A stretch of DNA of 64,000 nt from Candidatus Adlerbacteria bacterium (GTDB lineage: Bacteria > Patescibacteriota > Minisyncoccia > Phycocordibacterales > SBAW01): positions 80,726 through 144,725 of the forward strand of contig JAQBRA010000005.1 in NCBI GenBank assembly GCA_028286685.1, in the 5' to 3' direction. The position numbers and the translations under genes were made by a program. The notes beneath the pieces were generated by a model, which was not told where the DNA came from, did no database searches, and worked only from the letters and a program-made list of their open reading frames with translations. Below, in pieces: positions 18,242-28,361 of the stretch. Position 1 is the first letter of the stretch. Each line of letters opens with the position of its first letter.

Positions 18242-19372
18242 TTGATAGTGAACCCAGTACAACCTGCTTTGTCACAAAAAAAACTCACTCCTTCTCCTCG
18301 GGACGCTCGGTCCTTTGCGGGGAAGCTCAAAAAAGCCGTTGTGTACTTGCTGCTCGCTAGCGGGTCATCTTCGGGGCTATTGGTCCCCACTGCCGCCTCG
18401 GCCGGCTTCTTTTCCATATCTACTCTCTTAGAGAGGATAACGCCGCAGGCAAGTGCTGCGGCCCCGTCCCAGAACTCCCAGAATGTTCCCCTGTTGGCCC
18501 CCGCTACCAATATCGACCCTAATCCGTCGATTGGCGGCGGTGATGTAAGCGTAGTGGGAGGCTCGGCCCTCATGGCCCAGGAAGGCCCTTCCGGTACCGC
18601 AGCCGATATCGCGGCTCGGCCCCAGTCCTCGGCAGTAAGCGTATATACTGTCCATGCCGGCGACAGCCTCGGCGCCATTGCACAGATGTTTGGCGTGTCA
18701 GTTAACACGATCAAGTGGGCCAACGACCTAAAGAGCGGCACGATCCATGAGGGGCAGGAGCTGGTGATCCTTCCGGTCAGCGGCGTGCGCCACAAGGTCC
18801 AGAAGGGCGACACGGTCGCTTCGCTCGCCAAGAAGTATCAGGCGCAAGAAGAAGAGATCCGTGAGCATAACGACATCGTGGGCAATCTTGTGGTCGGCCA
18901 GGAACTTCTGATACCTAACGGGACACTCGCTTCGGCGCCTGCCGCCAAGCCCGCAGCTGCAGTCAAGAAAACCGGATCGGGCGCGGGCGCCTCGGTTGCC
19001 GCAGGCGGTCCGGCAATTTCCGGCTACTACGGCTGGCCGGTAGCGGGCGGCATCATTACGCAGGGCATCCACGGATACAACGGTATTGATATCGGCGCAC
19101 CCAACGGAACTACTATATTCGCTGCAGCCGCCGGTACGGTCGTGGTCGCTATCTCCAACGGCGGCTACAACGGCGGCTACGGCAACTATGTGGTGGTCCA
19201 GCATGCAAACGGCACGCAGACGCTGTACGCGCACATGAGCCGCGTGCTTGCCACCCAGGGAGCGGCAGTCGGCAAGGGCGAGGTCATCGGTCTCGTCGGC
19301 AGCACTGGACGCTCGACCGGCAACCACTTGCACTTCGAGGTTCGCGGCGCCGCCAACCCGTTCGCGAGATAA
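18242..19372 (+). CDS. LysM-domain M23 family metallopeptidase
   Basis: Two LysM repeats (YTVHAGDSLGAIAQMFGVSVNTIKWAN and HKVQKGDTVASLAKKYQAQEEEI) and a C-terminal M23 core GIDIGAPNGTTIFAAAAGTVV...HLHFEV. The listed start is TTG, so the true start is uncertain. Confidence 0.8.
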   Translation: MIVNPVQPALSQKKLTPSPRDARSFAGKLKKAVVYLLLASGSSSGLLVPTAASAGFFSISTLLERITPQASAAAPSQNSQNVPLLAPATNIDPNPSIGGGDVSVVGGSALMAQEGPSGTAADIAARPQSSAVSVYTVHAGDSLGAIAQMFGVSVNTIKWANDLKSGTIHEGQELVILPVSGVRHKVQKGDTVASLAKKYQAQEEEIREHNDIVGNLVVGQELLIPNGTLASAPAAKPAAAVKKTGSGAGASVAAGGPAISGYYGWPVAGGIITQGIHGYNGIDIGAPNGTTIFAAAAGTVVVAISNGGYNGGYGNYVVVQHANGTQTLYAHMSRVLATQGAAVGKGEVIGLVGSTGRSTGNHLHFEVRGAANPFAR

Positions 19373-19394
19373 TTCAAAAATACATAAAATAAAA

Positions 19395-19427
19395 CAACCG
19401 CTGAATTTTGTTCAGCGGTTGTTTTTT
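19395..19427. terminator. Rho-independent terminator (bidirectional)
   Basis: caaccgctgaa-tttt-gttcagcggttg followed by a T6 run. Confidence 0.55.
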
Positions 19428-19539
19428 GTGTGGAGCAAAAGAGGTTTGGCGGAGGCTCCGCAAGTGTGACGACACGAGGCTTGAGGAAATTTTTAGCAAA
19501 AAATTATCCGTACTCCGCCAGGCCTGCTTTTGCAAAACT

Positions 19540-20385
19540 CTATCGCGGGAAGATATCCGCGAGCTCTTGAGAGTTGTAGAAGTTGGCGCCGAGCTGGCCG
19601 TACGCGTAGGTTTTGCCACCGGTCGTTATCGCAGCACCTGCGGCGCGCGGATTAGGATTCGGGTTGCTTGCGGCAAAGCCGATGTTAAACAGCGTGGCTA
19701 CTGCTTCCGGGTTTTTTGAGATGTCGAAGCCGGCGCGCTTCCATTGCTCCTGTATTTCTTTTATGTAGAGCGCGGTGTACAGGAGCGAGTAGTAATGATC
19801 CTTCGCATCGGTCAGCCGGTTGTATAGCTCGGTACCAGGATCGACGCCGTCTTCGTACGCGATCAGGTCAGCCATTCCCTCGCCCGGATAAAACGGCGAG
19901 GCCGGATCGTTGGCATTTCTTTCAATCGCTTCGGCGGTCTCAATTTTTATGCCGGAGACGCCGAGCGAGAACTGCGACAGCGAGCCCAAGATCTTGAGCG
20001 GCTCAAAGTAGCGCTTGAACACCTCGCGGTTGGATGTAAAAAAGCGCACCTGCTCGGGCACCACGACCGTCGCTATCATGCGCGCATCAACGCCGGTTTC
20101 TTTTGAAACGCGCGCAATAACACCCGCATCTTTCTGCAGTCCGCCTTTGACCACGACCCACTCCGGAGTCTGGTTCCAGTCGCACGATTTCGCCGCGTCA
20201 TCTGTGCATGGCTGTGCCGGCAGTGTCGTCGTGGCCGTATCCAAAAAGAACGCGTTGCGCTCGTCAATCGAGCCGCGCACATTAAGAAGCCCGAACTGCA
20301 TCGCGGCAAACACCGCGACAAAAGCGGCGCCCACGAGCGCGAATACTGCGACCACTGCGATGCCGATCCATTTCCAGATTTTCAT
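19540..20385 (-). CDS. N-terminally anchored hypothetical protein
   Basis: An internal ATG at 20385 gives MKIWKWIGIAVVAVFALVGAAFVAVFAA, a TM anchor, followed by a 250-aa soluble domain. The longer ORF upstream is probably not translated. Confidence 0.5.
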   Translation of the reverse strand: MKIWKWIGIAVVAVFALVGAAFVAVFAAMQFGLLNVRGSIDERNAFFLDTATTTLPAQPCTDDAAKSCDWNQTPEWVVVKGGLQKDAGVIARVSKETGVDARMIATVVVPEQVRFFTSNREVFKRYFEPLKILGSLSQFSLGVSGIKIETAEAIERNANDPASPFYPGEGMADLIAYEDGVDPGTELYNRLTDAKDHYYSLLYTALYIKEIQEQWKRAGFDISKNPEAVATLFNIGFAASNPNPNPRAAGAAITTGGKTYAYGQLGANFYNSQELADIFPR

Positions 20386-20530
20386 GCTGGCTATACTAGC
20401 AGAAATAAATATTCCTGCATGCGCGATGCGCGCTTTGGCCGCGGCTTTTGGCATCCGTGGCTGTTGCACAGCTTTGTGAAACCTGGGGTGGGCGCTTTGG
20501 GCAGACCCAACTTGTGTAACACAAGTTGGC

Positions 20531-21181
20531 CTAGATGCTGGGTTTTTTGGAGATCTGCTTCTGTGTAACTTCCTCATCCATATAGCGCCAGAGGTACATG
20601 CATGCCAAAGTTCGGTGTCCGGCCCATGGCCGTGAAAGCCGCTCCATCTGGGCGGGCGATGGCTTGGCGCGGAGCCCAAAAAGCTTCTGGAATCCTTTCT
20701 GAATACCCAGGTCGCCGGTCGGCAGAATGTCCGGCCGGTTGAGTGTGAACATCATAAACATCTGCGCCGTCCATTCGCCTATCCCTTTGACGGCAACTAC
20801 GTGCGCGATAATTTCCTGATCAGTCATCTTGCTAAATAATTTTGGATTGATCGTGCCGTCCTTGAACTTGAGCGCCAAGTCTTTGAGGTAGCTTGCCTTC
20901 TGCCCCGAAAGCCCGGCTGTGCGCAGCATCTCTGTTTTTATTTTCAGCACGTCCTCGGGTGTGGGGAATTTCTTGTCCGGAAACAGCGCTGTAAATCTTT
21001 TTAAAATAGTCCCCGCCGCCTTGCCGGAGAGCTGCTGGTAAATGACAGATTCGCACAGAGCCTGGAACGGCTCCGTGGTGTGCTTGCGCCGGAACCACAA
21101 AGGCCCGAAGTTTTTTATAAAAGCGCCCAAGTGCTTGTCCTTCAAAAGGAAAGTGTGCGAGTCTTTGTAATGTGTTGTCAT
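20531..21181 (-). CDS. alkA: DNA-3-methyladenine glycosylase II (HhH-GPD family)
   Basis: HhH-GPD segment VKGIGEWTAQMFMMFTLNRPDILPTGDLGIQKG with the catalytic Asp. Confidence 0.7.
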   Translation of the reverse strand: MTTHYKDSHTFLLKDKHLGAFIKNFGPLWFRRKHTTEPFQALCESVIYQQLSGKAAGTILKRFTALFPDKKFPTPEDVLKIKTEMLRTAGLSGQKASYLKDLALKFKDGTINPKLFSKMTDQEIIAHVVAVKGIGEWTAQMFMMFTLNRPDILPTGDLGIQKGFQKLFGLRAKPSPAQMERLSRPWAGHRTLACMYLWRYMDEEVTQKQISKKPSI

Positions 21182-21331
21182 GTCCTAGCGAGTGAGCGAA
21201 TAAAAGCTTGCTTTTAATTCCGAGCGAGCGACGGACATACGAGACGTCCTCGTGCTCTTATACCGGCATCATACCCGCTCACGGCTTTTTGCGGTACACA
21301 AATAAAATCACCAAAATGCTATACTCTCCGC

Positions 21332-21673
21332 ATGTCTAAATATACGGGAGGGTGCCATTGCGGAGCAGTTAAATACGAGGTCGAGACAGACTTGGAAAAA
21401 GTCATTGAGTGCAACTGCTCGCACTGCCACAAGAAAGGATTTCTGCTTACGTTTGTCGACAAGGACAAATTCGCGATTATCTCAGGCGCCGATAATCTGA
21501 GCGAATACCAATTCAATAAAAAAGCTATACGCCATTTGTTCTGCAAGACCTGCGGTGTACAGAGTTTTGCCGAAGGAATTTCCTTCCCCCAGATTGCGAT
21601 CAATGTCCGCTGCTTGGACGATGTCGATACCAAGTCGCTCAGTATCGAGCAGTACAACGGAAAAGATATCTAG
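21332..21673 (+). CDS. GFA/CENP-V family zinc-binding protein
   Basis: GGCHCGAVKYEV...CNCSHCHKKG...CKTCG cysteine pattern. Confidence 0.7.
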   Translation: MSKYTGGCHCGAVKYEVETDLEKVIECNCSHCHKKGFLLTFVDKDKFAIISGADNLSEYQFNKKAIRHLFCKTCGVQSFAEGISFPQIAINVRCLDDVDTKSLSIEQYNGKDI

Positions 21674-23229
21674 CTTTTCCTCTCGCGATATTGCAGGGCT
21701 TCTAAAACATGCGAGTCGTTTACATCCGGCGCGCCGTCAAGGTCGGCTATCGTGCGCGCGACTTTTATCACGCGATGATACGCGCGCGGCGAAAGGGCCA
21801 GACGCGTCGCGGCTCTTTCCAAAGTTGTGCGGACGCCCGCAGTCAGCGGTACCAACTCATCAAGCTCGCGCGGGGAAAGCTCGCTGTTGGTCTTGTTGGG
21901 ATTTTTAGTGTGCACGAACCGCCCCTTCTGCGCGGTACGCGCCTTTGCCACTTTCTCGCGCGCGATGCGCGTTTCAGTCCCCTCTTTGTTTCTTTTGCCC
22001 AGCTCGCTTAACACCACCGGGCCCATAGTGCTCCATAGATCGATGCGGTCGGCGATGGGGCCGGAAATTTTTCTTTTATATTTTTCCAAACTAATCGGCG
22101 TGCAGGTGCAGGCAACTTCCGGATGCCCGTAGTTGCCGCACGGGCATGGGTTCATCGCGGCGACGAGCGTAAAGCGCGCCGGGAATATCGCCGTGCCGCG
22201 CGCACGGGCCACCGATATGACCCGGTCTTCCAAAGGCTGGCGCAGCGCCTCGATAACCCGCCGCTCGAACTCCGGGAACTCGTCCAAAAACAAAACGCCT
22301 TTGTGCGCGAGCGTTGCCTCGCCCGGCCGCGGGTTTGCTCCGCCGCCCACAATCGAAACGTAGGAGCTGGTGTGGTGCGGAGAGCGGAAAGGCGGCAGGG
22401 TCAGAAGTTCGCCGCGCAAAACGCCGGCGACCGAGTGTATGCCGTTTACTTCGAGCATGTCATCGAAGTTAAGCGGCGGCAGTATGGATGCCAGTGCGCG
22501 GGCCAGCATGGTCTTGCCGGTACCAGGAGGACCCGACAGTCCCAGGTTGTGCCCGCCCGCCGCGGCGATAATAGCCGCGCGCTTGGCAGACTCCTGTCCG
22601 CGGATGTCTTCAAAGGCAAATTGTCCTTCGCCCCAGCTAACCTCAAGCTTGGTCTGCGGCGCGGGCGCAAGCTTAACTCCGACTTTCTTTTCTTTGGCCT
22701 CCGGGGTCTTCTTTTCGTTTAAAAAATCTACCACTTCCTGCAAGCTCTCGGCGCCGTATATGTCTATCCCGCGGACCAGGGCCGCCTCTTCCTCGTTGCC
22801 TTTGGGTACGAACACGGCCTGCTTCCCTTTCTTCTTGGCCTCAGCGACCAGGGGCAGTATGCCCCGCACAGGCTGCAGTGCCCCGTCCAAAGACAGCTCG
22901 CCCACGAACAGGTACGGCTTGGGGTCAAAGCGTATGTCCCCCGCCGCCAATAAATACGAAAGCGCTATCGGCAAATCAAACATCGGCCCTTCCTTCTTTA
23001 AGTCTGCCGGGGCAAGAGAGATGACTATTTTTTGGTTGCGCGACTTGGGAGACTCGAATCCTGAGTGCTTAATGGCTGCTGCAACCCGGTCGCGGGACTC
23101 CTCGACCGCCTTATCCGGAAGTCCGACGACAGTAAAACTATGGAGGCCGCGCGAAAGGTCGGTCTCGATGGAGACTAAGTAAGGAGAGAGCAAAGAGGTC
23201 TGAGCCCCGTGCACCTTCGCGTACTGCAT
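21670..23229 (-). CDS. comM: Mg-chelatase-like AAA+ protein YifB/ComM
   Basis: An internal ATG at 23229 gives MQYAKVHGAQTSLLSPYLVSIETDLSRGLHSFTVVGLPDKAV... with Walker A GPPGTGKTMLA. 519 aa. Confidence 0.85.
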   Translation of the reverse strand: MQYAKVHGAQTSLLSPYLVSIETDLSRGLHSFTVVGLPDKAVEESRDRVAAAIKHSGFESPKSRNQKIVISLAPADLKKEGPMFDLPIALSYLLAAGDIRFDPKPYLFVGELSLDGALQPVRGILPLVAEAKKKGKQAVFVPKGNEEEAALVRGIDIYGAESLQEVVDFLNEKKTPEAKEKKVGVKLAPAPQTKLEVSWGEGQFAFEDIRGQESAKRAAIIAAAGGHNLGLSGPPGTGKTMLARALASILPPLNFDDMLEVNGIHSVAGVLRGELLTLPPFRSPHHTSSYVSIVGGGANPRPGEATLAHKGVLFLDEFPEFERRVIEALRQPLEDRVISVARARGTAIFPARFTLVAAMNPCPCGNYGHPEVACTCTPISLEKYKRKISGPIADRIDLWSTMGPVVLSELGKRNKEGTETRIAREKVAKARTAQKGRFVHTKNPNKTNSELSPRELDELVPLTAGVRTTLERAATRLALSPRAYHRVIKVARTIADLDGAPDVNDSHVLEALQYRERKS

Positions 23230-23305
23230 ATAAAATAGTATATATGAAGAATTCACCGCTAGTCGGTGAATTCTTAGAGTAGAGGAAAAGAAGTTTCTCC
23301 GGAGC

Positions 23306-23656
23306 CTACAGGTGAGCCATGCAGGTGCGGGCGGCCGGGTTTGCCTCAAGACGTTCCTCCTCTATAGGAGCCTGGCAGACTTCGCAGGTGCCGTAGGTCC
23401 CCTGCTCGATGCTTTCTAGTGCCTTTTTAACATCTGCCATTCGGGCCGAAAGGGTCGTTACCTCCTCGGTGCGCTCGTCTATCTCCTCTATCTTGTCGGC
23501 AGCCTCGTTAGGCTCGGCGATTGGGCTCATAACATCCATCTCGGGCGCCTTGGCGGTCCAAATTCCGTTGTCTCCCTCTTGTGCGATATCGCCCAGCTGT
23601 TTCTCCAATAAGGAAAGCTCCTCGTCCAGCTTCTGCTTAAAATGCTCAGTATTCAT
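23306..23656 (-). CDS. DksA/TraR-family zinc-finger protein
   Basis: Coiled-coil N-terminus and a C-terminal CEVC-x17-CxxH finger. Confidence 0.6.
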   Translation of the reverse strand: MNTEHFKQKLDEELSLLEKQLGDIAQEGDNGIWTAKAPEMDVMSPIAEPNEAADKIEEIDERTEEVTTLSARMADVKKALESIEQGTYGTCEVCQAPIEEERLEANPAARTCMAHL

Positions 23657-23700
23657 ATGGCCCCAGTATACCTTGCCCTACTCTGGTACCCAAACCTCCC

Positions 23701-24966
23701 CTATTGCTGGGGCAGCGACAGGATGCTTGCCTGGGACAAGCGCGAGATGATCTCGCGCAGAGTCGCGTCGTTGGTGGTAATGACTATGGTCGAGCGATCG
23801 AGGAAGGTCCACAAGAGCAGGATGTCGCCGTCTTGGTTGAGTATTACGCGCGTGTCGCGGTTCTCCACTATCTTGTCGGCAAAGTTGCCTACGAAAAACT
23901 GCGGTGCGGCCTGGGTCGGGGTGGTCGAAGCCGTTGTTGATGCGGTTTGTGCAGTGGTGCTGGCAGAGGTGGTGGCCAGGGGTCCGGTGGGGACTGACGG
24001 GCGCGCATGCACGGCTGGCGTGCGGTTAAACAGGGGCAGGAGGTCGGCCCGCATACTGGTCTCCCACGCGAGCATGCCCGAGTAGGCGGTCTCGTAGGAG
24101 TCGGCTTTGAGTATCATAAAGGCCTGATTCTCGTCGTAGCTGTGGATACCCAAGAGCATTTGGGGCTCAAGCGTGCGCAAAAGCGCCGGAGGGATCGTGC
24201 GCGCCAAAAGCGGCAAGAAATCCTGCGCGGCAAACTCCTGAACGCTGCCGTCTTGAGATTGAGCAACGACCTGCAGGCGCGCGATAAGGCCCAATGAAAG
24301 GTTGATAGAGTCGCGGGCGGCGACCAGCTTCTGCATGGTGGCGCTGCGCGAGTCCTCGGCAGAGACCGGTACGGTCAGGGTGCTGTCGACGAATATGAAA
24401 GGCGCCGGCGACTGCTCGGCGATAGGCACCGGCTGCAGGCGTATATAGAGGTAGTAGCTGATGCCGATGGCAAAGAGCACAAACAGGGCCCCGCCCGTTA
24501 TCATGAGCATTTTCCCGAGCCATGGCCGGCTGGGTTCGGCTGCCAAACTGTCTCCCAGTTTTGCCATGCCGCGGCGATCGGCTTCGGCGGCGGCAATGGT
24601 AACGACCGATACGTTTTTCTTGTCTACTAAACTTTCAATATCGCCCTGGTAGGTCTGCAGCGGCCGCACCATAGGGGCGTCTTCCTTGTGCTGGGTTGGC
24701 ACTGGGGCCGGCGCTTCCTTGGGTGCTTGGGGCAGTGCGGCTTTCTGTTCCTGCTCAAACAGTGCTCCGGCGTTTATGCGCTGTGCGGAGTCTACCGAAG
24801 GCGCACCTTTTTTAGGGAGTATGAGCTTGTCAAAGTCGACATGCCCGGCGCCCGTCTGGTGGGCAGCCTCCGACGCAGGAGCAGCGGGTACGGGAGTCGG
24901 CTGCGGCGCAGGGGTCGCAGGATTAGGCGCTGTGTTCGGGTCTTGTGGTGTGTTCTGGTCCGGCAT
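23701..24966 (-). CDS. Pro-rich membrane protein, hypothetical
   Basis: 421 aa with PxP-rich N and C termini and one TM helix (LGKMLMITGGALFVLFAIGISYYLYI). Its start overlaps the pnp stop by 44 nt. Confidence 0.45.
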   Translation of the reverse strand: MPDQNTPQDPNTAPNPATPAPQPTPVPAAPASEAAHQTGAGHVDFDKLILPKKGAPSVDSAQRINAGALFEQEQKAALPQAPKEAPAPVPTQHKEDAPMVRPLQTYQGDIESLVDKKNVSVVTIAAAEADRRGMAKLGDSLAAEPSRPWLGKMLMITGGALFVLFAIGISYYLYIRLQPVPIAEQSPAPFIFVDSTLTVPVSAEDSRSATMQKLVAARDSINLSLGLIARLQVVAQSQDGSVQEFAAQDFLPLLARTIPPALLRTLEPQMLLGIHSYDENQAFMILKADSYETAYSGMLAWETSMRADLLPLFNRTPAVHARPSVPTGPLATTSASTTAQTASTTASTTPTQAAPQFFVGNFADKIVENRDTRVILNQDGDILLLWTFLDRSTIVITTNDATLREIISRLSQASILSLPQQ

Positions 24967-27097
24967 TGGTTGCAGGGGTAAGTCCGTGGCGGATAGCGAA
25001 CTCGGGGTCGGCCATCTTTATCGAGAGGTTGATGCGGCCCTTCTCGTCTATCTCCTTTATCATAACGCGTACTTTGTCCCCTATGGCAACGGCATCAGAA
25101 ATCTTGTTGATTTTGAATGGCGCTACTTCTGAGACATGCACGAGGCCCTCGGCGTCCTTGCCTGGTCCCACGCGTACGAACGCGCCGAAGTCCATAAGCC
25201 GGGTTACTTCCCCGTCATAGACCTCGCCCGGCTTGTATTCCTTGACCAGGGCCTCGATCATCGCCTTGGCTTTGGCCGCGCTGCCGCCTTTTCCGGTAAT
25301 GAACACTGAGCCGTCGTCTTCTATAGTAATATCGTCTACTTTCGTAATGTCGCGGATGCCGTTTATGGTCTTGCCTCCCCCGCCTATGACCATGCCTATC
25401 TGGTCGGGCTTTACCGTAAGCGAGAGTATCTCAGGCGCGCGCGGCGATATATTCGGTCGGGGTGCTTGAATTTCTTTCTCAATAACGTCGAGTATCTGCA
25501 GGCGCGCCGCTTTGGCCCCTGCGAGTGCCTCGGTCAGTATCTCAACCGGTATGCCGTCGAGCTTTATGTCCATCTGTATGGCGGTAACGCCTGCGCGCGT
25601 ACCGGCGACCTTAAAGTCCATGTCGCCGAATTCGTCCTCAGGGCCCTGGATGTCGGTCAGCACTTTGTACTTTTTGTCTTGCGCATAATCGGCAGAGAGC
25701 ATCAGGCCCATCGCAATGCCGGCGACCGGCGCTTTAATCGGCACGCCGCCGTCCATGAGCGCGATGGTCGAGGCGCACGCCGAGCCCATGGAGGTCGATC
25801 CGTTAGAGGCCAGACACTCCGACACCAGGCGTATCGTGTATGGGAAATCCTCTGCGCTCGGGAGCACGGCCTCTAATGCCTTTTGCGCTAGGGCACCATG
25901 TCCGGTGGCGCGGCGATTAATGCCGCCCATGCGCCCCGTTTCTCCCGAGGAGTACGGCGGGAAGTTGTAGTGATGCATGAAACGCTGTTTGGTGTCGTGC
26001 TTCTCCATCGTGTCGATTATCTGGTTTTCGCCTGGGCCGCCCAAGGTAAGCGCGGTAAAGACGTGCGTGCCGCCGCGATAAAAGATCCCCGAGCCGTGCA
26101 GTACGGGGCTGACCCCGCCCGCTTTGGCAAAGAGAGGGCGTATCTGGTCCATGGGGCGATTGTCCGCGCGCTTGTTCTCTTCTACTGCTCCGCGGTGTAT
26201 TTCCTCGTCTACCTTGTCCTCGAAGAATCGCTTGGCTGCGCCCTTAAGTTTGCCGAGCTCCTCGGTCTCCCCTACCCGCTTCATGTACTCATCCTCAAGC
26301 GCATGTATCGCGTCTTTGCTCGGCGCACCGCAGAACACCGCCGCGCTCATGCGGCTTGCGAATTCTGCGGCATACAGGTCCGTTAAGGCCGCAGGCAGTT
26401 CGGGCTTGGCGGCATCCTTCTTTGGCTTTCCAATTTCTTGGATAATCTTCTTCTGCCAGTCTAAAATTTTGTTATGCTCCTCGACAGCTTTGCCAAAGCC
26501 GGCCGCAATTACATCTTCTGTAATTTGCTTGGAGCCTACTTCTATCATGTTGATAGTGCCGTCTTTGCCGCAGGCTAGAAGATCGAGCGATGCGTTCTCC
26601 CTTTCCTGGTAGGTAGGATTTACGGCGAGATTGTCTCCAATGCGCACCGCGGCGACCGGCCCGCCCCACGGTATCGGCGATGTTGCGAGCGCCAGGCTTG
26701 CGGCGTTGACTGCTAGCTGCGCCGGGTCGTCCTCGCCCAAAGCGAGCACGGTTATTACTACCTGCACCTCTTGGCGCATGTGCGCGGCAAACAAGGGGCG
26801 TATGGTGCGATCAACAATGCGACCATTGAGTATCGCCGCCTCTGACGGTCTCCCCTCGCGGCGCATGTACTGCGATCCTAAGATTGCCCCTGCGGCATAG
26901 TAGCGCTCCTCGAAGTCTACCGTCAGCGGAAAGTAATCGATGTCGTCGCGCGTGCGGCTAGACATGACCGCAGTTGCCAAAACCGCGGTGTCGCCATAGC
27001 GCAAAATGACCGAGCCCTGCGCCTGCTCAGCCAAGTCCGTAAATTCCGCAATCATCGACTTCTTTCCGACTTCGAGAGAAAAAGATTTGCTTTGCAT
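24923..27097 (-). CDS. pnp: Polyribonucleotide nucleotidyltransferase (PNPase)
   Basis: 724 aa with two RNase PH domains, a KH domain and an S1 domain (...GEVYDGEVTRLMDFGAFVRV...). Confidence 0.9.
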   Translation of the reverse strand: MQSKSFSLEVGKKSMIAEFTDLAEQAQGSVILRYGDTAVLATAVMSSRTRDDIDYFPLTVDFEERYYAAGAILGSQYMRREGRPSEAAILNGRIVDRTIRPLFAAHMRQEVQVVITVLALGEDDPAQLAVNAASLALATSPIPWGGPVAAVRIGDNLAVNPTYQERENASLDLLACGKDGTINMIEVGSKQITEDVIAAGFGKAVEEHNKILDWQKKIIQEIGKPKKDAAKPELPAALTDLYAAEFASRMSAAVFCGAPSKDAIHALEDEYMKRVGETEELGKLKGAAKRFFEDKVDEEIHRGAVEENKRADNRPMDQIRPLFAKAGGVSPVLHGSGIFYRGGTHVFTALTLGGPGENQIIDTMEKHDTKQRFMHHYNFPPYSSGETGRMGGINRRATGHGALAQKALEAVLPSAEDFPYTIRLVSECLASNGSTSMGSACASTIALMDGGVPIKAPVAGIAMGLMLSADYAQDKKYKVLTDIQGPEDEFGDMDFKVAGTRAGVTAIQMDIKLDGIPVEILTEALAGAKAARLQILDVIEKEIQAPRPNISPRAPEILSLTVKPDQIGMVIGGGGKTINGIRDITKVDDITIEDDGSVFITGKGGSAAKAKAMIEALVKEYKPGEVYDGEVTRLMDFGAFVRVGPGKDAEGLVHVSEVAPFKINKISDAVAIGDKVRVMIKEIDEKGRINLSIKMADPEFAIRHGLTPATNAGPEHTTRPEHSA

Positions 27098-27162
27098 CGA
27101 TAAACTGTAGCAAAAAAGCCCGGGCTCTGCGAGCCGGGCTTTTCATTTATTTTTTTATTTGA

Positions 27163-27831
27163 TTACTCCCCCGACATCTTAATAGCCGGGTCCTCGCCGT
27201 CGGTCTTGCCGTCCCACTCCTCTTGTACCTCGGTGGTATCAGGGCTGGTATCGGCGTTGACGCGTCCGGCGTTGCGGTCAGACCCGGCAGTGCCGAAGCC
27301 CGGTATCCACTTGGAGCCGCCGCGGTAGCCAATGAGATAGTTGCGCGGATCGTCGCACATATCGATAAACTCGTCTGCGGCGTCGCGCAGCTGGCCCGAG
27401 GATGACTTGCCGAAGGCAATCACCTCCACCTGGCAGCCGTGCGCGTATTTTAGGTACTCAACGACCGGGACAAAGTCGCCGTCGCCTGTCGCGAGGATAA
27501 TAGTGTCGAGCTTCTGCGCCATGGCAACGAGGTCAACGACGGTGCCCAGGTCCCAATCGGCCTTCTTGGCGCCACCGGCAAAGACGCGGATGTCCTTGGC
27601 CTTGGTCTCGATCCCGAGCTTGTTAAGGGCCTCAAAGAAGCCCTTTTCCTCCTCCGACTCGGTGCGGATAACGTAGGCGACGGCGCGGATGAGTACGCGG
27701 CCGGCCACGGCCTCCTTAACTACCTGGCCGAAGTTTACCTTGGCCTTGTAGAGATTCTTGGCGCTGTGGTACAGGTTCTGCGTGTCAATGAATATGCCGA
27801 CACGCTGGGCTTTATGCTTAATGATAGCCAT
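27163..27831 (-). CDS. NYN/LabA-like (PIN-fold) domain protein
   Basis: GIFIDTQNLYHSAKNL N-terminus and acidic residues typical of NYN nucleases. It lies between rpsO and pnp. Confidence 0.65.
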   Translation of the reverse strand: MAIIKHKAQRVGIFIDTQNLYHSAKNLYKAKVNFGQVVKEAVAGRVLIRAVAYVIRTESEEEKGFFEALNKLGIETKAKDIRVFAGGAKKADWDLGTVVDLVAMAQKLDTIILATGDGDFVPVVEYLKYAHGCQVEVIAFGKSSSGQLRDAADEFIDMCDDPRNYLIGYRGGSKWIPGFGTAGSDRNAGRVNADTSPDTTEVQEEWDGKTDGEDPAIKMSGE

Positions 27832-27983
27832 ATGTTGTGGTCGCTCTGGCTAGGCTCGGGCCGGCAAACAATATGCCACCCCTGCCCTGCCACACGAAAA
27901 TTTAGAAAATAAAAACGCCCCTCCTAATAAAGTATACACCTCTGCTGCAAAAATATTTCATGAACCCGCAAGCGCGAGTGGCT

Positions 27984-28250
27984 TTACTTCTTAAGGCCGA
28001 GCTTCTTAATAAGAGCGTTGTAGCGCTTCTTGTCGCTGCCCTCGAGGTACTTCAAATGAGTACGGCGGTCGGCAACCATCTGCAAAAGGCCGCGGCGAGA
28101 GTGCTTGTCCTTGGTGTGCTTACGCAAATGCGAAGTAAGCTCGTCAATTTGTTTGCAAAGCAAAGCGACCTGGACCTCCGGCGAGCCGGTGTCCGTAGCA
28201 TGTACTGCGGTCTCCTTGATGATTTTGGTCTTTTTTTGCTTGGTAAGCAT
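27984..28250 (-). CDS. rpsO: 30S ribosomal protein S15
   Basis: An internal ATG at 28250 gives [69 protein letters not shown]..., the S15 consensus. Confidence 0.85.
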   Translation of the reverse strand: MLTKQKKTKIIKETAVHATDTGSPEVQVALLCKQIDELTSHLRKHTKDKHSRRGLLQMVADRRTHLKYLEGSDKKRYNALIKKLGLKK

Positions 28251-28361
28251 AATGTGTATGAAACGCGAGGCGAAGTGCCCCGTATCAATAAGCATAGCAC
28301 AGGCGCTTGTTTTGCGCAATACCCGGGGTCTGGGCCATGGTAAAATTGTGCGACACATCCC

